Origin: a virus
DNA: 64,000 nt
Reading direction: 5' to 3' (one strand)
IMG/VR virus record: IMGVR_UViG_3300037247_001689
Coordinates: 1-64,000 of that record
Shown here: positions 1 to 12,410 of the stretch, one piece after another
Layout: every line of letters begins with the position of its first letter
How positions within the stretch are numbered: position 1 is the stretch's first letter
The notes under the pieces: generated by a model
Told to the model about the DNA's origin: nothing
The model's input: only the letters and a program-made list of their open reading frames with translations
Database searches by the model: none
Translations under genes and position numbers: made by a program

Positions 1-20
1 AAAATTTAAAGGAGTTAAAT

Positions 21-281
21 ATGACATTTACAGAACTATATCAAAAGTACTTAGGACTCATCTGGAAAGCATTTGAATATGATATTAGCGTATTTTCACA
101 AGGATGGATTTATTATTGGTTATTAATACCAGCATCATTTTATTTCATGTTCTTCATAGTTAAATGGGCATTCTTAACAGCTCCATTATGGATACCAATA
201 GCAATTGTTTGGAGTTTTATATCTGAAATTTCCGGTAAGATTGTATATGCTGCAACAACTAAGAAAAAGGATAAAAGTTGA
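21..281 (+). CDS. small membrane protein
   Basis: GGAG RBS; two hydrophobic Trp/Phe-rich segments. Confidence 0.6.
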   Translation: MTFTELYQKYLGLIWKAFEYDISVFSQGWIYYWLLIPASFYFMFFIVKWAFLTAPLWIPIAIVWSFISEISGKIVYAATTKKKDKS

Positions 282-772
282 GCAACTTCAAAACACACGC
301 AATAACAGGCTTATCCTCTGCTATTGCAATAACAATATCATGTATCTATTACGGGATAATTGGCGGTTTTAGTCAGTTAAAAATAGTGGCAACAGCCATA
401 TTCTTTGGAAGCCTTTTCCCTGATGTTGATACTAAGTCAACCCCTACACGGCTATACGCTATCGGATTAATTATAGCGACTGGATATCTTTTCTACATAG
501 ACCTTGATTTTAAATTAATCCTTATTCCATTAATCCCTTTTTTATTCGCTCAAGCAGGCATTCACAGGGGGTGGACACATAAAATTAAAACAGTTTTAAT
601 TTTATTCTTTACTGATTTTATATTAAAATGTATAACTTATATTATCAAACCAGAATACAGAAATGTTATCGACATAATATCGATGTATAGTCTGCATATA
701 CAGGCATTTGCTGTGGGTATGCTTGTTCATATATTTTTGGACAAAATTAGCACATTTTTTAAATTTAGATAG
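278..772 (+). CDS. YdjM-like metal-dependent membrane hydrolase
   Basis: Motifs FKTH, GSLFPDVD, HRGWTH and VHIFLD spaced by transmembrane segments. Confidence 0.8.
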   Translation: MSNFKTHAITGLSSAIAITISCIYYGIIGGFSQLKIVATAIFFGSLFPDVDTKSTPTRLYAIGLIIATGYLFYIDLDFKLILIPLIPFLFAQAGIHRGWTHKIKTVLILFFTDFILKCITYIIKPEYRNVIDIISMYSLHIQAFAVGMLVHIFLDKISTFFKFR

Positions 773-924
773 GGATGATAAATGAAACGATTTATAGAGA
801 TTTTAAAAGAGGAAGAAGAAAAAGCCCTTTCTCTTAAAACAAGTTGGGGTAGGAATGATTTAAAATTAGTTCTTGAACAAGCCAAAAATTCAGCTTTAAT
901 TCGGTATTATGAGGAGAATAACAA

Positions 925-3900
925 ATGATAACAATAGATATGAAAAATGTGGTAATCCAAACAAAGGATGACCTTAAGGAACTTTTAGAACAAATAAATT
1001 ATATTCCATCTGTACATGATGAACAATACAAGGGAAGAACGGACAATCCAAATAAAGGTGATGCTTTACGTTGGGACTTGATTGATATTCTCATGGAAGA
1101 GTTTGATGGTTTTATTGGACTGAGACGGAATGATCCAAATCTTCAAGAAAGATTTGGATCTATAGTTGAGTTTTTTAAGAAAAAGAATGATGAATTCCAT
1201 AAAACTTATGAAGTCATTGATAAAAAGGAGAATAACCAATGAAATACAAAGACATATTAGAATATGTACTGGCAGGGAAACAGGTTAGAGTTAATTGTGG
1301 TAAATGGTTTACCATGAAAGAGGGCGGGAATCTTTATTATGAAGGTGATGATAGCCCATTTACCCTAATGAAGGATCTTTATGACAACGCCACATGGGAA
1401 GTTAAAGCAGGTAACAGCGTTATTATGTCTGAGTATGAATTTAAACTGACAGAATGGCACTGCCATGAGTGTTTTAGAAATTGCCAAATGTTTTTTTCAG
1501 GGAGCCCAAAAGAAATATTTTCTGGATGTGAATATAATGACCGTATGGTGTGGTGGACTGCCTGTGAGTCAGAAACAGAGAAAGAATTAAAAAGAAACTG
1601 TGTTAAAGAGGAAGTAAAACAAGAAGTTGAAGAGCCGTACATCTTGTTAAAAGACAACTTTAAAACAGAACCGCCAACAACCCTAATCCAAGCAATCGAA
1701 CAGAAAAAGATTGTGCCATGTGATAAAATACGTTTTACCGGGACTGGTCACCTTATTCTTTCAGAAAAGTTTAATCTCACTGATATTAATGGTGTTGTTT
1801 TTGAAATGACGGCTAAAGACTGGATGTCAAAAAACTTTGAGATTATCAAGCAGCAACCGAAAATTAAAACGGCAGAAGATTGCCATAAAATTGATTATGG
1901 TTTTCAATACAATGATTCACATTTTAATATTTATAATTCTGGGTTCAAATCGGGTGAAGAGGTCGGAAAAGTAAAAGAACAACTAAGAATTAATCCAGCT
2001 ATCCTTTTAATTGACGAAATAGATACATCATTAGCATGTGATAATCTCGATAGAGTCAAAATAAGGAGTAAACTCGTTAAAATTCTCACCATCCTACAGT
2101 CAGAAGAAGAGGGATAATGCCAACAATAAAAATAGATAAGAAACCTGAAATTTGGGACTCTGAATTTTGCAATGATGGGAAGAGCGGTTGTAAATTTGCG
2201 AGTCTTTTTAATAGAAAATGCGGGTATTTTGGTGAAAAATTAGAATTAAAAAATGGTAAAAAATATGATCTTTGGGATAGTAAGTTAATAAAATGCGATG
2301 AATGCAAGAAAGCATGGCAAAAAGTAAACGAAAAGAGAAAACAAAAAAGGGTCATTAGGTGTAATCAATGTAAGAAAGGCCCATGTTTATATGAATGGAA
2401 CTATAACGAGGGTAGCGATAAGTACGATGAATTCACAGGCGACAACGATTTAGTCAGGCATTTTGGGTGCCCTGATGAAGCAAGCCCTGTATGGTGCGAA
2501 CGAACATTAATAAACAAATCTTATTTTGATAAGGAATAACCAGTGGCAAAAATGTATTTCAAAGGCTGTTCAGAAATCAAAAAACCGGCAGATGCAAACG
2601 GCAAAGAAATCAAAGTCGGAGATGAATTAACGTGGGATTTCCACGATGATTTAGATGAAATCAAAGACTGGATGCGTAAACCGATATTTAAAGTAGAATT
2701 ACACCCCAGCGGGAAAGGTTTATGCGCTAAAGGCATTCATAAAGATCTTTACTTGCATGATTTTAGATTCAAATATTGCGAAATAGTACATAAAATCAAC
2801 GACATAACAACATGCAAAATGCCTGATTGGGCGTAAGGAGATAATCAATGTGGTATCAAAACTATTTCGTCCAGGCATCAATAATAATATTCACAATAGT
2901 TATAATTGTAAAAAGTATCACTATTGACAGGTGGGTGAGTTTCTATAAATACCTTCAAAATCTTCTTGATGAAATTGACAAGGATGATAATGAAAAATAT
3001 CAGAAAAATCTTAAAAAACGAAGAGATAAAATGGAAGGAGATAAATAACCATGGCATCTAAAAAACCATTGGAGTTAGATTTTACAAATTTAAAAAGTTA
3101 TCCAGATGCAGAAACGGAGGCCATAATAAAATTATCATTAACAAAGAAAGAGCTTTCAGACGCTATATCAAAAGGTGAAATACATATTATAACGTTCCTA
3201 TCAGATGTAAATATAATTAAGATTAAAAACCATTTACGGGGGTAACCATGGCATCAATAGGACCGTTTGAACCGGATAGTATTATAGATATTTGTAAAAA
3301 GAATATTGAAGATACTACAAAAATGCACCAAGATGAAGATAAAATAACCCAAGACAAAACATTTAACGCCGTACAGTCATGCATAAGAGGAAACGCTATT
3401 CGACACATAAATAGAATTAAAATTCACGCCGAAAAAGCAAAAGAACTAAACCTTAAAATATTCCTTAACGAAACAGAGTTCAAAAGAATTGAAAAATATT
3501 TAAAATTAGGAGAATAAAAAATGGCATCAGCACAAATTAGAGCAGATATCGTTATTACTGCTTGTGAAAAATATATCAGTGAAACAGAGCATGATATAAA
3601 AACAGACAAACAATATTGCAAGGATAATAATTTGCAAAAAAGAGAATTTATGTCTTTTTTCGGTAAAACACAACTGGACACTGTGTCAAAAATCAAAAAA
3701 CTAGCTGAGTATGTACTAAAAGGTGCGCCAGAAGCAATCATTTTTGATCCGTCTCCATATGTAATATCAATAACCCATAATGACTATGAACTGTTAGGGG
3801 AATTCTTATGAGCAGAGAAGAGTTAAGAGAAAGTTTTGAATCATGGATGATGTCTGACACAAAATTACCTGACTTATTAGAGAGAACTAGTGGCGCTCCT

Positions 3901-4474
3901 GGAATTTTAAGAGATTATGCAAATCAAGAAACAGAGATACAATGGAGAGCATGTGTTGAATTCGCAGGAAAACAGCTTCCGAATAAAAAAACGGAAGATT
4001 GGATTAAAGATCTGGAAGAAAACTGCGACACTGCAATGTTTAGAGATTTAGATATAAAACTCCACAGAGAGTCATGCCCTGAAATAATCTATCGGGAAGG
4101 TTCCCCTCATATTTATGTAAAAGGAGATTTAACACTTCAGAAAATGAAAGCCTTGGTAAATTGGATGGAGAAACACAACGATGAATAAGATAAAGAATTT
4201 ATCACCATATCTATACTTATCAGTAAGCCTATACCTTCTTTATCAAATACTTTCATTCTCAGGTGATATCGTAGACCTGATTAGTAAAATAATATGGTAT
4301 GTGATATCCTGCACGCTGCTATCTCTTTATTTTGAAAATAAAAGTCTGGATCAAAAGATATTCAATTTAAGAAATAAAGAGAGTTACCTTAAAAATGAAA
4401 TAATGAACGGGATCACTGAGCAGATAGGTATTGATTGTTTTATAACTCAGTTGATGGAGGAGGGGAAAACATAA
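925..4474 (+). CDS. run of about 11 small hypothetical phage ORFs (925, 1239, 2117, 2543, 2848, 3051, 3248, 3521, 3808, 4181), several Cys-rich
   Basis: Tightly packed or overlapping ORFs with GGAG/GGA RBSs. ORF 2543 has a YopX-like DxNGKEIxVGD motif. Confidence 0.65.
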
Positions 4475-4476
4475 TC

Positions 4477-5040
4477 ATGGAAATAAAAACAAGCGTTACA
4501 AAAAATGGTTTTGCCAAAGGCAGGACATGCAAAATATGCAGGTTACAAAGAACTAAACCAATTGCCTTTGATAAGATAACCGAAAAATTGTTGTCTGGCA
4601 GTGGAATATCAATGGCAAAGTTTGTTAAAAATATTGTAGAAGAATTTGGTATTGATATTATTCCAATGAATGTTTCAAGGCACAAAAAGCATATGTTTAA
4701 TTCAGATTTTGTCAAAGCATCTTTATTAGATAAGAACCAAAAAATATTTTTAAACAGGCATAATAGAGTTAAGGAAAATGCCAGTGGGGTAGTCTATTTT
4801 ATAAAAGTTGGTAAATATCATAAAATTGGCTCAAGCTTAGACTTCGAACAAAGAATGAAGATATATAAAACACATAACCCAGAGGATATCGTAGTTGTTT
4901 ACGTTAAGGAGTTAAAAAATTACCGGTATCATGAAAAAGTAATTCATGATAATATTTCTCACAAAAAAGTAAGAGGGGAATGGTTTAATCTTAATAATGG
5001 AGATATTGGGGATGTTATTAACTATCTAAGCAATTATTAA
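4477..5040 (+). CDS. T5orf172/MUG113-type GIY-YIG nuclease fused to a TerS-like N-terminal CxxC...HxxH domain
   Basis: C-terminal VYFIKVGKYHKIGSS...HEKVIH...RGEWF; N-terminal GRTCKIC...NVSRHKKH. Start moved to ATG 4477 after GGAGG. Confidence 0.75.
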   Translation: MEIKTSVTKNGFAKGRTCKICRLQRTKPIAFDKITEKLLSGSGISMAKFVKNIVEEFGIDIIPMNVSRHKKHMFNSDFVKASLLDKNQKIFLNRHNRVKENASGVVYFIKVGKYHKIGSSLDFEQRMKIYKTHNPEDIVVVYVKELKNYRYHEKVIHDNISHKKVRGEWFNLNNGDIGDVINYLSNY

Positions 5041-5079
5041 CAATTTCTGTTTGAATATGCATTTTGCCTCATATAAAAT

Positions 5080-5151
5080 CAATTACGTAATCAATCAACC
5101 ACAATAGGCATAAGAAAAAGCCTAAATTAAACAATAACAATTACGTAATTG
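5080..5151. promoter_or_regulatory. two copies of palindrome CAATTACGTAAT(TG) upstream of terS
   Basis: Copies at 5080-5091 and 5138-5151; the second is a perfect 14-bp palindrome. Confidence 0.55.
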
Positions 5152-5153
5152 AT

Positions 5154-6068
5154 ATGGCAGGAAGACCGTGTAAAGTATGTGAATTAAAAAAGACACATTC
5201 AGAAGCATACAAGTTAATTAGTACAGAAATAAAGAAGGAAAAAGGAAAGGCGAAGATCAAACAATTGTTGTTCATCCTTAAAGAACGATTCAATCTAAAA
5301 GTCAATGGTGTTAATATACACCGCCACAAAGAACACCTCGCTAAAAACTCAGGGAAAGTAGTAAAAACGAAGAAAAAACAACCCGCCGAAATGGAAGTAT
5401 ATTCTCCTGAAGGGGAACTGCTATACACCAACATACAAGAAATAATCGATGATTTAACAGATAGCGAAGGTGCCTTCTGTGAGTTTTTTGTTAATACTCA
5501 TAATCACAATGGAACTTCATCATATATGCAAGCATTTCAGACAGATGTGTATAGTACAGCAGCAGTGAATGCCAGTAAATTACTAAAAAAGACTAATATA
5601 CAGCTTTATATATCACACCTGATCAATGAACGATCCAGAAATTTAAAGGTATCATCCTCTTTTGTCCTCACTGGATTGATGGAAAATTATTCAAGATGCA
5701 TGCAATCTGAGCCTGTTATTGGGAAGGATGGCGAACCTATCGGGATATATAAGCACGATTCCAATGCAGCTAATAAGGCACTTGAACTAATTGGGAAAAG
5801 CATTCAAATGTGGGAAAAGAAGCCAGACCCAACCAATCAAAAGCTATTCCAAGAGATTATGGAGAAACTTCTTATCAACAAGATAAATCCAATAACAGCA
5901 GGAATTGAACTTGAGAAAAATAATATTGGACTTCCCGAAGTTGTTAAAATAGCCATGCGTAAAGTTGACCCTAGCGTTCTTGATAAACCAGATATGACAG
6001 ATTCGGATGATATGAAAGAGTATACTGATGAAGAACTCGAACAGGTTTTATCTGGAGATGTGAATTGA
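5154..6068 (+). CDS. terS: terminase small subunit
   Basis: LTDSEGAFCEFFV..NGTSSY..AF...AAVNASKLLKKTNIQ..I HTH, then ANKALELIGK; directly upstream of terL. Confidence 0.85.
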   Translation: MAGRPCKVCELKKTHSEAYKLISTEIKKEKGKAKIKQLLFILKERFNLKVNGVNIHRHKEHLAKNSGKVVKTKKKQPAEMEVYSPEGELLYTNIQEIIDDLTDSEGAFCEFFVNTHNHNGTSSYMQAFQTDVYSTAAVNASKLLKKTNIQLYISHLINERSRNLKVSSSFVLTGLMENYSRCMQSEPVIGKDGEPIGIYKHDSNAANKALELIGKSIQMWEKKPDPTNQKLFQEIMEKLLINKINPITAGIELEKNNIGLPEVVKIAMRKVDPSVLDKPDMTDSDDMKEYTDEELEQVLSGDVN

Positions 6069-7903
6069 TATCTAAATCACAGGCAAGACAAGAATTAAGA
6101 ATCAGAAAAGCCAAAAGAGAATTATCCAGGCGAAGCGTTTTCCACTTCCTAAAATATACCTTCCGGCATTACAAATATGAGAACTGGCACCATAAAGTAG
6201 TTTCCGATTTTTACAAATCACTTATTGAAAGAAAAATCACAAGAGGAATTATCGAATTACCTCCAAGACACAGCAAGACAGAGGGTTGCGAGAGGGCAAT
6301 GGCTTGGGCATATGGTAAAATGCACAAAGATAAAGACGGGAATATCATCAGAAAAGGATGTGATGAGAAAATAATCCACTGTTCTGCAACAATGCCAAGG
6401 GCAAGGAAAACGTCTGTAAATGTGAAAAGGATAGTAAAGGATAATTTGTTTACCGAGGTGTTCCCTAAATTCTTAAGAGAAGGTGTCAGCCGTACCAGGA
6501 CTTTAAAAGGTGTCAAAGATATAAAAGAAGATCAGAATACTTTCTGGGAACTGGGAAGCGGTACCCGGGGCAGTTTTTTAGCAGCAGGTGTTCAAGGTAG
6601 TATTACAGGTGAGGGGTTTACAATTGGAAATATCGATGATCCTACCGGTGGCGCTAAAGATGCAAATTCGCCCACTGTCCAAGAATCAGAAGAAGAGTGG
6701 TTTACTGGAACCTTTATGGATAGGCAGGACGATGAAGACAGCGTTATAATGCTTACAATGCAGCGTTGGGGCATTAAAGATATGATAGGCAGAAGGCTTT
6801 TGAATGAAGGGATGGCATCATACAACACACACAAGCCACAAAAAGGAGTTCCTGAATGGAATGGGATGGATGAGGGTGAATGGCATGTCCTTTGTTTGCC
6901 AAGGTTAATGGATGAAGAGGCTATGGAATGGAAGCATCCACTTGACCCACGAAAAATAGGGGAAGTGCTTTGGCCTCAAAGATACTCTTTAAAAATGGCC
7001 TTAAAGTTCAAAAAGAATTTGCCTCATTACATCTGGGAAGCCAAACACCAACAAAGACCAAAATTAAGAGGCGGTAATCTAATTAACAGAGCATGGTTTA
7101 AGGAACCTGTCTTAGACTTCCCTAGAGGTGGTAAACTAATCAGATTCTGGGATTTAGCATCAACACCAAAGGAAACCATTAAACAGAATAATCCCGATTT
7201 TACAGCAGGATCATTGCTCACTTTTGTTAATGGAATGATTTATATTATCGATATCGTAGCCACTCAAATTGCCACTAAAGCGAAGTATGATTTAATGAAA
7301 CAAACCGCTGTCCTTGATGATCAAATGTATGGATCGGTCATGCAGATTTGGGAAGAGGAAGGTGGCGCTTCCGGTAAAGATGTTACTGATACCCTGAATG
7401 ATTTACTAGTTGCCCACTTAAGAGCGCCATTGAGAGTTAGGAAGTCCAAAAACTTCTATATTGAACTCCTAGCAAACAAGGCAGAGACAGGAAACGTGAG
7501 AGTCGTCAAAGGCCCATGGCTACATGTAAAACGAGATAACGCGACATTCTTTGATTCAGCTGAAGCCTTCCCAAGCAAATTAGTCCATGACGATGATATT
7601 GATTCCACTGCAAAAGCCTGTTTTATGTTAACCGGTGGTGTAATTGATCCTGCAGATGGCAGAGACAGAGAACAAAACGAACACAAAACAACCGACCACA
7701 ACCCCGAAACCGAAAAGCAAACCCTTTTTCAAACCCTAGAAAAACAAATCCTCAAAGGAAAAGTAGACGAATCTAAAATAAAAGACATCGATTTAACCTT
7801 AAAAATCCTTGAAGAAATAAGCCGGAAATACGTTGATAAAGGGGATTCCGAGACGGCTGGATTAATATTTGATGAGATAGACCGGATAGAATTATTAAAA
7901 TAA
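6065..7903 (+). CDS. terL: terminase large subunit
   Basis: Walker A-like LPPRHSKT, ITGEGFTIGNIDDP (Walker B), LTMQRW, LWPQRY, HQQRP, nuclease motifs RFWDLAS/DFTAG and HDDDIDS. Confidence 0.95.
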   Translation: MISKSQARQELRIRKAKRELSRRSVFHFLKYTFRHYKYENWHHKVVSDFYKSLIERKITRGIIELPPRHSKTEGCERAMAWAYGKMHKDKDGNIIRKGCDEKIIHCSATMPRARKTSVNVKRIVKDNLFTEVFPKFLREGVSRTRTLKGVKDIKEDQNTFWELGSGTRGSFLAAGVQGSITGEGFTIGNIDDPTGGAKDANSPTVQESEEEWFTGTFMDRQDDEDSVIMLTMQRWGIKDMIGRRLLNEGMASYNTHKPQKGVPEWNGMDEGEWHVLCLPRLMDEEAMEWKHPLDPRKIGEVLWPQRYSLKMALKFKKNLPHYIWEAKHQQRPKLRGGNLINRAWFKEPVLDFPRGGKLIRFWDLASTPKETIKQNNPDFTAGSLLTFVNGMIYIIDIVATQIATKAKYDLMKQTAVLDDQMYGSVMQIWEEEGGASGKDVTDTLNDLLVAHLRAPLRVRKSKNFYIELLANKAETGNVRVVKGPWLHVKRDNATFFDSAEAFPSKLVHDDDIDSTAKACFMLTGGVIDPADGRDREQNEHKTTDHNPETEKQTLFQTLEKQILKGKVDESKIKDIDLTLKILEEISRKYVDKGDSETAGLIFDEIDRIELLK

Positions 7904-7944
7904 GTTATTTATTGCTTGACGGATTCCGACAAGTGGAATAATAT
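7897..7944 (+). promoter_or_regulatory. sigma70-type promoter with quasi-palindromic operator (copy 1 of 4)
   Basis: TTGACG 7916-7921, 17-bp spacer, TAATAT 7939-7944; TTGACGGATTCCGACAA core; upstream ATAAGTTAT. Confidence 0.8.
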
Positions 7945-7993
7945 TAAATCAAGAACTCAGCAACAAACCAAACACTCTTAAAAATGGAATAAA

Positions 7994-10900
7994 ATGGAAA
8001 ATTCAACTAAAAAACAAACTGAAACAGTAAATGATATAACAGCTAAAGAATTATTAGGGCTAACAAAAAAAATGAATCCTGGTAAAAAAATTAAAGTTTT
8101 AAAATATAGAGCTGAATTAAGAAGACTGAAATAACATTTTAACGGTCCCGATAGGTGGGCTTTTTTAAAACAAATAATCATGAGACAAAATGACAAACTT
8201 AGAAAAACTCACACTACAAGAATTAAAAAGAGACGGGATTACAACCGAGACTCTAAAAAACCTGTCCGACTCTGACAGGACCGTTTTAATAATAGAATAC
8301 GCTAAATCAGCATCAAAAAGATTTCAACTATTCCATGAAAAATTAAATGTCTCGAAACTTGCAAGAGAAGCATTTAACATGAAAGTTTATTCAATAATTT
8401 AATCAATATAATTACTAAGGGGTAAGAGATGGATATTATAATTTCTATTATTGAAACTGGCTTATATGGTCTTCTGGTAGGGGCAAGTGTTTCATTTGTT
8501 TTATTTCTGACTTTAACTATGCCTTTTTTAATTCCTCTTTTGATATGTGAAACGGCGGATATATTGTTAACAATTCCGACTAAAATTAAAAACAGCTTAA
8601 CCGCTAACTATTAATAAAAATGGTTTCAAAAATGACCCCTGAACAAAAATGGTTTAACCGTATGAAAAAATGTCTTGAAGATATGCCAGAAGGGATTGAA
8701 TTTGGTATCTTTGACAGGACTATACTTTATTTAAAAGAGGGTGAATATAAAAAATGCATGGATGATAAAATGTTGATGGATGCTCAAATAGATAGCCAAC
8801 TTTTTGAGCGTATTTTTGGCAATGACTCTTTTTACTAACTATTAATTAGGAGATATAATGAACATAGAAGAAGTACAAGAAATGATAGATTTAACCCCGA
8901 ATCAAGAAAAGGCTTGGAAATCATTAAAAAGGGCGTTTACCAAATGCGCTAAAGAAAATATTTATCTCTATCAGGTTCTGGACAGTTTAAGTGGGTTAAA
9001 TGGTAATAATATATCAAAAATATTAGAAAAGGCTGAGGTCGAGGATTCGAAAGGGTGGAACGACGAAAGAAATTTACAGAATTTAGCCTATGAAAGTGTA
9101 AAAACTACTGACGCGTGGGCAGATGATACCCACTTTGTTATATTAAAATAACAATCATAACTACAGGATAAGATATGGAAGGAACAACGCTTGTATTAAA
9201 TGATAAACAACTTAAACGGGTAAGAATTTTAATTGATGATTATGTAAATCTTCGCGGTAATATCAGATGCCAAGATAGGGCTGAAATAGAAGAACTAAAC
9301 GATCATATTAAGTCCGTGTATGAAATTAAAGACAATAAAAAAATTGTCGATAAGCCAGTTATCTACGTACAACATCAAATGCTTAAAGCGTATAGGGGTC
9401 TCGGTAGAATAAAAGAATATGTCAAAAAAACGAAACGATTAACTAAAAATGAAATAAATGAACATATTAAAAACATAAATGAGCCACTATTGAGAGCTTT
9501 CATGGATGTTTTTCCAGACGAAGACAACACCGATTATGGCGAACTTTAATAATGGGAAAAGACATGCCAAAATACAGCGTAACAATACCAATATACTCAT
9601 TTATGACAGTTGAGGTCGAAGCAGATAATAAAAAAGAGGCCATTAATAAAGCTTTAGACGATGCGATGCCGCCTTGTCTTTGTCATCAATGTTCGGATGA
9701 TTTGGAAGTCGGGGAAATTGCTGAAGATCTAATAAATGATAATAATGCTCATCAAATCGATTAACTAAACCTTCAATATTAAGACATATTATGATCAGTA
9801 AAAACTATAGTGAACTATTTAAACCATCTTTAGAAGTTATATCAAACGCAGGAAAACCATATTATCACTTTGTTATGTTCGGAAATGAAGGTGTAGAAGG
9901 ATACAAAGTTGTCCGAGACGAATCTGAAATTAAGCCAGAAACAATCAGCAAGATGAAATTAAGAGCAAGGATTAACGCACATAGGAACGTCAGTGTTTTC
10001 GCATTTAAATCTGATTCAAAAGTTGATATGAATGATATTACCAAAAAGATGTTAAAAGGCGACCACGTTATAAAATTAAATTAACAAACGACTTTTGCAC
10101 CTATCAAAATAGGTATTTTTACATTCACTGCAGCGTACATTTTAAAATTTATGGGGATTATGAAAACAGCAGAAGAAAGAGCAATTAAATTTGCAAAAAG
10201 AATAATTAAAATTGATTGCCAGGATAATAAGGCCGTTCAAAAATCTGACAGGTTGAATCAAAAATCATTAGCTGGTAAAATATTAATATTGCTAAAAGAA
10301 CAAGATAAAATAACCAAAGGAAGTATAATCATTGATCTCAATAAAAAAATCGCAGCTGGTGAAATGATACTATGTGCATACGCAATGGATATAGTCAGTG
10401 AATCCAAAACACTTTAAAAACCTTATTAACTAATACATTGGAGATTGATATGAAACAATATACAGAAATCGGGACGTGTCATAGTTGCCCATTGAATCAT
10501 AAAACCATGGTTAAAATAAAATGCCCATGGGTTGATAATTTAGGTGAGTTGGATAATTTTGAACCATTTAATAAAATACATCCCGATTGCACTCTTGATG
10601 ATATACCGGTCAAGAAGTAATTTCTTAACCACCTTATATAATATAACCTTTAACAAAAATTTAAAATGAGCGATACAACAGAACTAGAATTAAAAGACGC
10701 ACCAGAATATGACGAACTAGCAAGATTATTAATAAAAAATTATCTTAAAGATGCTAACATCTACAAAGAAATGGGCGCTTGTATGACTGGCAAGATACAA
10801 GAATTAAAGGAACAAACAAAGACCTCTATATTAACCAAAACTAGAGGAAATTTAATTTTTCACGGTGGGTGCCTTAGTTGCTCAGAACAAAGTTTAAATA

Positions 10901-11373
10901 CATGCATAGGGTGCCAATTTTTAGATTTTGGTAGGAACTTCGGACCGGGTGGAATGTTACCGGATCTTTCAAATAAAAATTAACCACCCATTAGGGTATT
11001 TAAGGATAATAATATGTATAAAGATATAAATAAAATGATAGACCGTGTTAAGGAAGTATTCCCAAAATCGTTTATTTATAAAGATAATGAATTGATAATT
11101 GAGAAAAAGAACAATATCTATTTTAGGATTGATAATATTGAAAATGATCTGGAATTTAATTGTAAAATGATCGAATTTCTTTCCAGACCATCGCATAAAG
11201 GGCTTACTAAAAAATGGCAAAAACATATTAGAGACGGGCTGAATAAATTTTTAGGAACGAAATTTACAGTCGAGGATTTGTCAACAATTTACACAAATTT
11301 AGGCGGTGGCTGTAGCAGAACAAAAACGAAAATGTTTATCAGACATGGGTATGATTTTAAAATGCTTATCTAA
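7994..11373 (+). CDS. block of about 13 small hypothetical ORFs (includes unlisted 46-aa ORF 7994-8134)
   Basis: Co-oriented short ORFs with AT-rich spacers downstream of the 7916 promoter; typical early/accessory genes. Confidence 0.6.
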
Positions 11374-11421
11374 ATATTTTAATTAACCAAATACCCTCAC
11401 AGGGTATTTATAGAAGATGTT

Positions 11422-11919
11422 ATGAAGAAATTAAGACTACTATTATTTGAAGATTGTGATCGTAATTGTAAAGGCTGTTGTAATAAGCAATGGGATTTAA
11501 AAAGGCTTCCAGTATGCACAACCTACAAAGGATATGATCAGATTATTCTAACAGGCGGGGAGCCAATGCTTAACCCGAATTTAATTAATAAAGTTATCGA
11601 TCAAATTAGATCAGCCAATAAATCTTGCAAAATTATTCTTTACACGGCTAAGGTTGATAATTATGAGGTGATGTACCAGTTAATCGAAAAGTTAGACGGG
11701 ATAACTGTCACACTCCATGAAGCCATGGATATAGCAAGCTTTAACAGATTTAATGATTATATCTACTGCAAAAATGTAAACGGTAAAAGTTTAAGACTAA
11801 ATGTGTTTAGAGAAGTAGGACCGATTCAAATTTATATGCTGTGGGAAACCAAGAAAAATATAGAATGGATTGAAGATTGCCCATTACCCAAAGATGAAAT
11901 ATTTATGAGATTTAACTAA
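11422..11919 (+). CDS. short radical SAM protein
   Basis: CDRNCKGCC (CxxxCxxC) and LTGGEPML. Confidence 0.85.
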   Translation: MKKLRLLLFEDCDRNCKGCCNKQWDLKRLPVCTTYKGYDQIILTGGEPMLNPNLINKVIDQIRSANKSCKIILYTAKVDNYEVMYQLIEKLDGITVTLHEAMDIASFNRFNDYIYCKNVNGKSLRLNVFREVGPIQIYMLWETKKNIEWIEDCPLPKDEIFMRFN

Positions 11920-12112
11920 CCAAACATAGTATTAAACAGGAGGACAAAGTGAGCAAATCAATCATACTCCAAAATAAAATAACAGAGTTTAAAACTATCC
12001 TGATTGATTTAGATGAAACCGGATATTTTACAGGTAAAAGAAAGCTCATGAAACGGCACAATATCAAACTAAAAAATCTAATCAAGAAAAAATATTATTT
12101 CGAGAAAACTTA

Positions 12113-12349
12113 ATGACACCAGATAAAGTAAGAGCGTTCAGAGAGTCCCATTTCAAAAGCCGTCTACAAATGGCCGTTGAATTTAAAACCACTGAGAGAA
12201 CGATCAGAGCTTATGAATCAGGAGAGAATAAATCAATTCCTGGTATTTTTGTTAAGGCGGTTGAGTTGTGGTTGAAAGTTAATGAAGCGATCAGAGTTGC
12301 TGAGTATTCACCGAAAAATAGGGCTATTTTGAAGGTTTTAAAGAAGTAA
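12113..12349 (+). CDS. XRE/Cro-like HTH regulator
   Basis: MTPDKVRAFR...SRLQMA.EF.TTERTIRAYESG..IP. Confidence 0.8.
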   Translation: MTPDKVRAFRESHFKSRLQMAVEFKTTERTIRAYESGENKSIPGIFVKAVELWLKVNEAIRVAEYSPKNRAILKVLKK

Positions 12350-12410
12350 ATGCTAAAGGCGTGATTTATAAGATTTTCCATTAAACTGTAATAATTAAAC
12401 AAAAGGAGAC

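Noticed and set aside
6065-7903. Intein or intron in terL or portal
   Set aside because: Motifs are contiguous with ordinary lengths; no intein splice motifs or homing endonuclease insert were noticed.
8400-11940. Integron attC-like sites (many genes followed by TAAC)
   Set aside because: No matching GTTRRRY ends with attC-like stems and no integrase; explainable by TAA stops in AT-rich spacers.
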